Virus record (IMG/VR): IMGVR_UViG_3300014968_000012
Location: 1-64,000 of that record
Direction: 5' to 3' (one strand)
DNA from: a virus
Taxonomy: Duplodnaviria; Caudoviricetes
Length of the DNA: 64,000 nt
The first letter of the stretch is position 1, and every line of letters starts with the position of its first letter. Under the pieces are notes generated by a model. It saw nothing but the letters and a program-made list of their open reading frames with translations, did not search any database and had not been told where the DNA came from. The position numbers and the translations under genes are program-made. This document shows, in pieces, positions 8,744-16,049 of this stretch.

Positions 8744-9258
8744 ACGGGTGCACCGCCGACCCCGAAGAGCTCGGCGAGTACTACGCCCGGATTCACCCGC
8801 TGGACCGCGACGGCATCCCGTGGGGAGCCCCCCTCGTCGGCCGTGGAGCGTTCTCGCTCCAGGTGGCCGCCGACGACCCCGGCGACGGCCTGGACCTGTC
8901 CTGGAGCGCCGGCGTCCGGCTCTCCCCGGTCCGGCTCGGGTTCCGCACCATGGCCACGGCGCGCGCCGGCCGGATGGGGCCCGGGGACTACGCGGTGGAG
9001 CTCTTCGCCCCGGCCAATGACCTGGTCTGGCGCTATCTGATGTTCCCCCGCGTGCGGGGCGCCGTCCTGGAGGTCCCGGACTGGCAGGGACACAACCGGC
9101 TGTTGTACTCGATCACCGGCCTGGCCGTGGTTCCGCGCTACCTGCCCGACCTCGGAATCCCCGACTTCCGCCCCGGTGAAGACAAGGGCACGATGTATAA
9201 GAGCACCACCAGCCGATTCGACCCGGTGAGGATGTGGAGGGGGGTCCCGGCCACATGA
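8740..9258 (+). CDS. Internally deleted paralog of the major tail (tube) protein
   Basis: R...LD..G.P...P, AF, GFR, AVEL and W.YL..P...G motifs in the same order as in 31807..33411. Confidence 0.65.
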   Translation: MNGCTADPEELGEYYARIHPLDRDGIPWGAPLVGRGAFSLQVAADDPGDGLDLSWSAGVRLSPVRLGFRTMATARAGRMGPGDYAVELFAPANDLVWRYLMFPRVRGAVLEVPDWQGHNRLLYSITGLAVVPRYLPDLGIPDFRPGEDKGTMYKSTTSRFDPVRMWRGVPAT

Positions 9259-9752
9259 TCGGCTTCCACGGCGACGCGGTGGAGAAAGCCGGCGAGGTGC
9301 GACGCCTGCGCGTGATCCTGGCCACGCGCCTACTGCTCCGGATGACCGCCGTCCAGTATCACCACCTGTCGGCGGCGTTGCCGAGCGTGCCCCCGTGCGA
9401 CTCGATCGAGTACAGCGGCACGGTGGGGGCCATGGGCGTGGACTATGAGATCAACGGCCACGGCTACGGATACCACCGCATCCGCTATGACGCCGGGCTC
9501 GGCTGGGCGTGCTGCCACCAGCGCGGCCCGGGCCGTACCCACCCCTTCCAGGCGTTCCCCGACTGCCAGGACAACGACGAGGCGCTGAACGCGATCGTGG
9601 CGCACATCATCCAAGACGCGATCGAGAACCGGTACCGCATGCCGCTGGACCGGAACCTCTTCCACGCCGACGACGAGCCGGCGCCGGGCCTGACGTGGGA
9701 CCCGTTCGCCGGCAAGTGGACCGGCGGCCACGCGACGGGACCGGCATCGTGA
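9255..9752 (+). CDS. Hypothetical protein sharing a domain with 10237..10722
   Basis: ATGA coupling. GYHRIRYD...W..C motif. Confidence 0.65.
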   Translation: MIGFHGDAVEKAGEVRRLRVILATRLLLRMTAVQYHHLSAALPSVPPCDSIEYSGTVGAMGVDYEINGHGYGYHRIRYDAGLGWACCHQRGPGRTHPFQAFPDCQDNDEALNAIVAHIIQDAIENRYRMPLDRNLFHADDEPAPGLTWDPFAGKWTGGHATGPAS

Positions 9753-10240
9753 GAACGCCGAAGTTTGCCCAGCCGTCGTCACAACCCGGACTGGCCCCGG
9801 AGTTCGTTGCCGCGGCGGCCGCGTGGCCGTCGGGCCGGCTGTTGCTGTCCGCCCGCATGAGGCTGATCAAGCACTACGGCCGGGACCCCGCAGACATCAG
9901 GATGGCGACGCACGTCCACCTGACCGACCCCGAGGAACGGGCGGCGTGGATCTCCCTCGCCGCCCGCCACCCCGACGGCCCGGTACACCTGGTCCACGTC
10001 TTCGCTTTCGACCCGCGCGCGGGCGGCTGGCAGCACGACACCGCCCCGGAGGAATACACCGACGACGGACCGCCCGGCCGCCGCGTCGCGTTCGTCAGCG
10101 CCAGCGACCCGTTCGACGTGATCAAGGTGACCGACACGAACCGGTACGGCCGCCAGGTGGCGACCTACCTCAACCGAGCCGCCGCGACCCGGGCCATCCC
10201 CGGCGCGCGCCGTAGCGAACAGGAGACACCGCACCGATGA
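9749..10240 (+). CDS. Hypothetical protein
   Basis: GTGA coupling, in frame with track ORF 9509..10240. Confidence 0.6.
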   Translation: MRTPKFAQPSSQPGLAPEFVAAAAAWPSGRLLLSARMRLIKHYGRDPADIRMATHVHLTDPEERAAWISLAARHPDGPVHLVHVFAFDPRAGGWQHDTAPEEYTDDGPPGRRVAFVSASDPFDVIKVTDTNRYGRQVATYLNRAAATRAIPGARRSEQETPHR

Positions 10241-10722
10241 GCCACGCCGCCGACCCGATCGAGATCCCCGGACAACTGGTGCCCGCCCCCGCCGGCGCCC
10301 CCCTGGGCCACCACGCCGCCATGATCGGTGACGAACTGAGCCGCCGACTGGCGCCGTACGCCGACGTCAGCACGTTTGAAGTGACCGTGACGCCGTCCGC
10401 CGACCCGGACATCCGTGTCCCGGCCGGCCTGGAGATCGTGATCCCGGCGGAATCCCCGCTCGGCTATCACAAGATCACCTATGACGAGACGCGCCAGTGG
10501 GGCTACTGCTCAGCGCAGAACGCCGACCCCGCCTCGTGCTGGATCCCGCTCCCCGACGCCCCGACGCCCGAGGTGCTGGACGCCGCCGTGGAATGGGTCG
10601 TCTACACCCACCGCCGACGCGACCGGCACGACCCGTCGGCGCCGCTCCCGGCATCGGCGGGTGCTGATGGGGCGATAGCGGTTCGACACGTGTCAGACCC
10701 GGGCGCGACAATGCCCGCATGA
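10237..10722 (+). CDS. Hypothetical protein sharing a domain with 9255..9752
   Basis: AGGAG RBS and ATGA coupling. GYHKITYD...W..C motif. Confidence 0.65.
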   Translation: MSHAADPIEIPGQLVPAPAGAPLGHHAAMIGDELSRRLAPYADVSTFEVTVTPSADPDIRVPAGLEIVIPAESPLGYHKITYDETRQWGYCSAQNADPASCWIPLPDAPTPEVLDAAVEWVVYTHRRRDRHDPSAPLPASAGADGAIAVRHVSDPGATMPA

Positions 10723-11192
10723 CCCCCGAGAGCCGCAACCCTCACAACCGGGACCACCACGGCGCCGCGACCGTCGCGCCGGCGACGGCCACGTACACCG
10801 TGACCGACGAGGACCGCGAGGCGGCGCCGGCGATGGTGGTCGTCGTCGGCGGCCGCGAGTACACGGCCACGTGCCCGCCGTCCGAGGTGTGGGCCTACCT
10901 CGCGCCGTACCTGCGCGTAGACGGCACGATGCCCGGCCAGGTCTGGCGACACCTCGCGTTCCAAGACGAGGCCACCGCCGGCCTGGAGGGCTTCGACGCC
11001 TTCCGTGGGACCTGCGACATGGTCCGGGCCGGGTCCCGGTTCCTGGCCGGGTCCCTGACTCACGAGGGAATCCACGAAATCCGGATGCAGCTGGCGGCCG
11101 GCACGTGGACCGGCCATGACGTCATGCTGAACGTCCGCGCCGCGGTGGGCCTGTGGTGGGACCACGTGACGGTGAGCCCCGACCTTGACTAG
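10719..11192 (+). CDS. Paralog of the tail assembly chaperone
   Basis: GG..Y.A..P...VW...A, A...FL...LT......IR and G........A....W motifs match 39156..39587. Confidence 0.6.
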   Translation: MTPESRNPHNRDHHGAATVAPATATYTVTDEDREAAPAMVVVVGGREYTATCPPSEVWAYLAPYLRVDGTMPGQVWRHLAFQDEATAGLEGFDAFRGTCDMVRAGSRFLAGSLTHEGIHEIRMQLAAGTWTGHDVMLNVRAAVGLWWDHVTVSPDLD

Positions 11193-11532
11193 CCGACCGG
11201 ACTCCGACGACATCGCCGGTGCCCCGATCACGCAGGCGGAAGCCACCCGCCTGCGTGAAGACATCGCCCGGGTTGAAGCCACCATGAAAGACGTCGTTAG
11301 CGCGATGCACGCCGGCGGCTACCGGCCCCAGCGTGCGGCGCGGCCCAAGGACCAGCGTGGAGCGCTGCCCTGGAAGCACATGGGGCCGTCCCCGTTCTGG
11401 GCGGTCCACGGCTACACGGACCGCGCCGCCTCCAGGCTCGGCGACGTGATGGGCCTGATTCAGGAAGCTCGCGAAGATCTTCAGGCCGCCAAGTCCCAAC
11501 TGAACGCGGCCGGTCACTCCCCCCGTGGCTGA
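11185..11532 (+). CDS. Coiled-coil hypothetical protein
   Basis: Overlaps both neighbours. Heptad pattern. Confidence 0.6.
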   Translation: MTSRPDSDDIAGAPITQAEATRLREDIARVEATMKDVVSAMHAGGYRPQRAARPKDQRGALPWKHMGPSPFWAVHGYTDRAASRLGDVMGLIQEAREDLQAAKSQLNAAGHSPRG

Positions 11533-11878
11533 GTCCTGCGTCCCGCCGGCGCGCGCCGGCGACGGCCCCGACCTCGGGTGCTGGGACCCGGCGGCGCTCG
11601 CGGCCGTCCGTCGGGACATCGCCGCCCTGCGGGACGCCATGACCGACGACATTCGCCGCCAGCGCGTCTATCTCGGGGACCTGACCGCAGTCCTGTACCA
11701 GCGGAACGCCGTGCGCGGCGAGCTCACGGACGCCCTGTTGCGGCTGGACGCGGCCCGCACGCAACTGGCCACCGCCAGCGCCGTGGGCCGCGACGTCGGG
11801 ACCGTGCTGCGACGGCTGGACGCGGCCGCCCGCCGGATGGACCTGTTCGCAGAATTGATCATCACTCCGGTGGAGTAG
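11525..11878 (+). CDS. Coiled-coil hypothetical protein
   Basis: Overlapping GTG start. Ala/Leu/Arg helical composition. Confidence 0.55.
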   Translation: MAESCVPPARAGDGPDLGCWDPAALAAVRRDIAALRDAMTDDIRRQRVYLGDLTAVLYQRNAVRGELTDALLRLDAARTQLATASAVGRDVGTVLRRLDAAARRMDLFAELIITPVE

Positions 11879-11918
11879 CGTTCCCCGATCCGACCGACAC
11901 CCCGTGCATGATCGAACC

Positions 11919-12818
11919 ATGAGCGTTTCGACGTCCGGGCGGCTTCAGTGGCTTGCCGACGTCGCCCGGGCCGCCGGTCTTGACGTTGTCGAGACCGACG
12001 GGTGGCGCCAGCGCGGACACGGGGACTTCCGTGAAGTCCGCGGCGTGATGATGCACCACACCGGCGACGGCGGCCATGGGAACATGCCGGCCCTTCCAGC
12101 CCTGATCAACGGCCGCCCGGACCTCACCGGGCCGCTGTGTAACTACGCGCTGGGCCGGGACGGCACCGTGTACGTGGTGTCCGCCGGCGTGGCCTGGCAC
12201 GCCGGGACCGGCGTGTGGTCGTGGCTCCCGCGCGACCTCGGGAACTGGTACAGCGTCGGCATCGAAGCCGAATCCGTCGGCACGCTCGATGACTGGACGC
12301 CGGCCCAGCGCGCGACGTACCCGCGACTGTGCGCGGCTATCTGCCGTGCGCTGGGCGTGGACGGGAGTCGCGTCGTCGGTCACAAGGAGTACAACCCGCC
12401 GCCGGGCAAGTTCGACCCGGCGTTCTGGGACATGAACGCCGTCCGTGCGCAGGTCAACGCGCTTCTGAAAGGTGACGACATGGACACCGCCACGCCCGTG
12501 GGCTTCCCCGCCGACGCCCCCGGATACTTCGAGAGCCTGTTCCCGGGACTCGGCGCCGTGATCAAAGCGAACTTCACCCCGGGCGGCTCGGCATCGTTCG
12601 GGATGACGACGGCGTACACCGACATGCGCGCGTGCGCCGCGCTGTACCTCGGGATCCAGAACGCCAAGGCCCTGGCGACGGTGAACGAGACGCTGGGCCA
12701 GGTGATCGCGGCCCTGTCCCGGGCCGTCCCCGGCTTCGCCATGGCGGCCGCTGAGGAGTCGGCCCCACCGTCGGCCGGCGCGGGTGTGGCGGCTGGACCG
12801 CCGACGACGAGCGCCTGA
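11919..12818 (+). CDS. Endolysin, N-acetylmuramoyl-L-alanine amidase (Amidase_2 type)
   Basis: WLADV.R.AGL.V.E..GW..RGHG, MHHTG, GRPDL.GPL, AWHAG, GIE, GHKE and K.DP motifs typical of actinophage lysin amidases. Confidence 0.9.
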   Translation: MSVSTSGRLQWLADVARAAGLDVVETDGWRQRGHGDFREVRGVMMHHTGDGGHGNMPALPALINGRPDLTGPLCNYALGRDGTVYVVSAGVAWHAGTGVWSWLPRDLGNWYSVGIEAESVGTLDDWTPAQRATYPRLCAAICRALGVDGSRVVGHKEYNPPPGKFDPAFWDMNAVRAQVNALLKGDDMDTATPVGFPADAPGYFESLFPGLGAVIKANFTPGGSASFGMTTAYTDMRACAALYLGIQNAKALATVNETLGQVIAALSRAVPGFAMAAAEESAPPSAGAGVAAGPPTTSA

Positions 12819-12940
12819 CGTCGGCCCGCCGGCCGGTCGCCCCATCCGCAGACCGGGGCGGCCGGCCGGACCTTTCGGGCACGGGTCGTCTGATATGTCG
12901 CTGGCGGATCATCGGCTGGCGCGCACCGTACGATCAGGTT

Positions 12941-13942
12941 ATGACAGACCATTTCGATACAAACTCTCCGGAATCCGACGCCGGTAGCACGTTGACCATG
13001 CCGGCCGGGGACGATCGGGTCCGAGCCGAAGACCTGGCCGTGGTCATGGTCCCGATCGACTCAGTCCAGCCCCACCCCATGAACAACAACGTCGGCGACG
13101 TGGACACGATCGCCGAGAGCATGGACGAGCTCGGGTTCTTCGACCCGATCACCGTCCAGAAGTCCAGCGGCAACATCATCACGGGCAACCACACGTGGAA
13201 GGTGCGTAAGGCCAAGGGCCTGACGGACATCGCCGCCATCGTCGTGGACGTGTCCGACTTCAACGCCCTGCGCATGATGGCCGTGCACAACCGGTCCAAC
13301 CGGAAGGGCCACGAGGACGGTCAGGCAACCTTTGATCTCCTCCAGACCCTTCAAGACCTGGGCCACGAGGACTACGGGCTCAGCGGCACCGGCTATGACC
13401 TGGACGACGTGGAAGCGCTGTTGGCCGAGTACGGCCAGGCCGAAGTCCCGACCTTCCCCGACGACGAGCCGCCGGCGCTGATCCCGCGCCAGGCCATCGC
13501 CGACGACGGCGAGGAAGAGGACGAGCCGGAATCCACCCGGACCAAGAGCGCACCACGCCTCACCGGGATGAAAGAAACGGTCATCGTCCTGCCCGCCGCT
13601 GAGGCGTCCGACCTGGCCCGGGCGCTCGCCTCATGCCGAAAGCGCATGCCCGGCGGCTACCCGACCGGCCGCATCGCCTACGCCGCCGTGCGGTACCTGG
13701 AGCTCGCGTTGGACAGCGGCGCCCCGCACCCCGAGCCGTGCCCGTGCGACAACTGCGCGGACCACGGCGAGGCCTGCGCGTGCCTGGAGTGCACGGCGGC
13801 GCGCGCCGCCGCGGTGGACGACGACCAGGACCAGGACGACGGCGCCGAGCCCGACGACGACGGGGACGACGAGGACCAGCACGACGAGGCCGACGGCGAC
13901 GGCGCCGAGCTCCCCGCCGCCGCGTCGGCGGCCGCCCCATGA
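12941..13942 (+). CDS. ParB/Srx-like N-terminal domain protein with Cys-rich and acidic C-terminus
   Basis: PIDSV.PHP.N...GDV..IAES..E.GF..PI.V...II.GNH motif. CPCDNC...CACLEC tail. Confidence 0.8.
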   Translation: MTDHFDTNSPESDAGSTLTMPAGDDRVRAEDLAVVMVPIDSVQPHPMNNNVGDVDTIAESMDELGFFDPITVQKSSGNIITGNHTWKVRKAKGLTDIAAIVVDVSDFNALRMMAVHNRSNRKGHEDGQATFDLLQTLQDLGHEDYGLSGTGYDLDDVEALLAEYGQAEVPTFPDDEPPALIPRQAIADDGEEEDEPESTRTKSAPRLTGMKETVIVLPAAEASDLARALASCRKRMPGGYPTGRIAYAAVRYLELALDSGAPHPEPCPCDNCADHGEACACLECTAARAAAVDDDQDQDDGAEPDDDGDDEDQHDEADGDGAELPAAASAAAP

Positions 13943-14757
13943 ACGCCGGCGCGGTGACGATCCCGGCCCAGCGGCCGGCGCCGTCCGCCTCGTCTGAGGC
14001 GCGGTTCCGGGTGTACTGCCTGTCGGCGGGGCGCCCGGAACGCGTCGGGGCGATCATGGACGTGTTCGGGTGGGACACCGTGTTCGTCACGCCTCCCGAG
14101 CAAACCGGCGCATACCTGGGCGCCGGGGCGTACCGCGTGCTCGGCGCCCCGGACACCAGCACGTACCCGCTGGCGGCCGCGCGGAACTACGCCATGGACG
14201 ACGCGTTCACCACCGGGTGCGTGTGCGTCCAGACGGACGATGATCTGGACGGCCTGTACGCCGTCCCCGAGGGACGCCGCAAGCCGACGCCGGCGACGTT
14301 CGCCGACTACACCGCGGCGTGGCGCCACGCCCACGAGGCCACCGGCGCGTTCCTGGTCGGGTGCATGCCCGCCGGGTCGAAGAGCGGACGCCACGAAGTC
14401 GAGAGCGCGTACATCCCCTCGCGGCTGTTCGCCATGTGGCCGAACACCGCCGGGTGGGCCGGCCGGGGCCTGCGGTTCGATGAGTCGCTACCGCTGTACG
14501 AGGACTGGGACCTGACCGCCGCCCACATCTCCCGCCGCGGCCGCGTGGCCCGCTGCGGGTGGCTCATGCCCCGCTACGTCGCCGGCCCCCACCCCGGCGG
14601 CCGCCAGGACCGCTTCCGCGGCGCGACCCTGGAGCGCGAGACGCGGGACAAGCTGATCCGGCGCTGGCCCGACCACCTCAGCACGGCCGCCGGCGGCGAC
14701 GGGCTGAAGCTCATCGCACCGCCCCCCGCCCCGACGTCCAAGGACACCGTGCCGTGA
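13939..14757 (+). CDS. GT-A glycosyltransferase, TET-associated (TAGT/GREB1-like) type
   Basis: S.GRP start, ARNYA, QTDDD metal motif, FDE.L..YED.DLT..H, GG motif. Sits between ParB and kinase. Confidence 0.65.
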   Translation: MNAGAVTIPAQRPAPSASSEARFRVYCLSAGRPERVGAIMDVFGWDTVFVTPPEQTGAYLGAGAYRVLGAPDTSTYPLAAARNYAMDDAFTTGCVCVQTDDDLDGLYAVPEGRRKPTPATFADYTAAWRHAHEATGAFLVGCMPAGSKSGRHEVESAYIPSRLFAMWPNTAGWAGRGLRFDESLPLYEDWDLTAAHISRRGRVARCGWLMPRYVAGPHPGGRQDRFRGATLERETRDKLIRRWPDHLSTAAGGDGLKLIAPPPAPTSKDTVP

Positions 14758-15311
14758 CGCCGGCGCTGGTGTACCTCGTCGGGATCCCCGGCGCCGGTAA
14801 GAGCACGCTCATGGCCGAGCTCACCGGCTCGTGCGAGCGCGAGCGCGTGGAGTCCTCCCGGCTCCCCCACGACGTGCTCTCGGTCGGCGGCCGCATCGTC
14901 GGCGCCGAGCTCGGCGCGGCCGGCGTCGGAACCGACGTGCTGGCCGACCGGCGCGCGGTGATCGAGCGGGCAGCGGAGTGGATCGCCTCGTGTCCGTATC
15001 CGCTGATCCTGGGCGAGGGTGACCGCCTGGCCTCACGGTCGTGGTTCACCGCCGCCGACGCGGCCGGGTACCGGGTGCGCGTGTTCTACCTGGAGTGCTC
15101 ACCCGCCGTCGCGGCCGCGCGCCTGGCCGGCCGCGCACCGGATCCCGACGGCGGCCGGTGGCTTGCCGGGAGCTCGGCGCGCGCCGCCACGGTCGCCGGC
15201 CACGCCGCGGCGACCGGGTGGCTTGCCGCGATCCTGGACGGCCACAAACCCCCGATGGCGCTCGCCCACACGGTGCGCCGGATCGTGCCCGAACTCGGGC
15301 AACTCTCCTGA
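14754..15311 (+). CDS. P-loop nucleotide kinase of the phage base-modification type
   Basis: G.PGAGKST Walker A, plus GTD and ILGEGDRL motifs. Confidence 0.75.
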   Translation: MTPALVYLVGIPGAGKSTLMAELTGSCERERVESSRLPHDVLSVGGRIVGAELGAAGVGTDVLADRRAVIERAAEWIASCPYPLILGEGDRLASRSWFTAADAAGYRVRVFYLECSPAVAAARLAGRAPDPDGGRWLAGSSARAATVAGHAAATGWLAAILDGHKPPMALAHTVRRIVPELGQLS

Positions 15312-15344
15312 CTGACCCTCGGAAACGGACGGACGCGCTGACCG

Positions 15345-16049
15345 ATGAGCATGATCAAGGCGACATATCCCGGTGCTGGGACGTATCTCGGGACCGGAAA
15401 CGACCCCACGGACGATGACGAAGAGCTCGGACCTGACCTTTTCGACCGGTTCCCGGGCGAACCGGTCAAGGCATATGCCTACTTCAAGCAGTTCTGCGAG
15501 ATGGGCCCGGGCCGAAAGGTCAAGAAACTGTCAGAAAAGGTCAACAAGTCAACCGCGTATTTCTATAAGTTAGCAAGTGGGTGGCAATGGAAAGCCCGGG
15601 CAGCGGCATACGACGCCGCAGAGGACCAGGCGGTCCAAATCGAGATCAGGGCCCAGCGTGTCCGCCTGTCCCGCCAACAACTCGCGGTGGCAACGGGGTA
15701 CTTCCACTGGACGGCCCGCTACCTGTCTCGTATGACAGACGACAAACTGGACGAGATGACCCCCGGCGAGGTGGCCAAGTGGACCACCGCCGCGTCCACG
15801 CTGTTCCGCGTCGCGCTCGGGGAGCCTGACCAGCGCATCGCGCTCGGGACCGGCGACGCCATGGGCGGGTTCCGGCCGCTGGCCCAGATGAGCGAGGGAG
15901 AGCGCCGCGCCGAGCTCGGTACGCTCTTGGCGGACATCGGGCGCCGGTTCGCCAACGGGGAACAGTTCGCCGGCACCGACGAGGAAGCGCTACTGGCGCT
16001 TCTGTCGGCCCCCGAAGACCTGAACCGCGCGACCGGTCCGGCCGGGTGA
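15345..16049 (+). CDS. Terminase small subunit (HTH type)
   Basis: AY.YF..F..MGP.R...KL......W.W..RAAAYD motif. Directly upstream of and overlapping TerL. Confidence 0.7.
   Translation: MSMIKATYPGAGTYLGTGNDPTDDDEELGPDLFDRFPGEPVKAYAYFKQFCEMGPGRKVKKLSEKVNKSTAYFYKLASGWQWKARAAAYDAAEDQAVQIEIRAQRVRLSRQQLAVATGYFHWTARYLSRMTDDKLDEMTPGEVAKWTTAASTLFRVALGEPDQRIALGTGDAMGGFRPLAQMSEGERRAELGTLLADIGRRFANGEQFAGTDEEALLALLSAPEDLNRATGPAG

Noticed and set aside
12941-13942. ParABS partition system
   Set aside because: No ParA and no canonical parS were seen. The ParB-like domain is in the modification/terminase context typical of non-partition phage ParB proteins.
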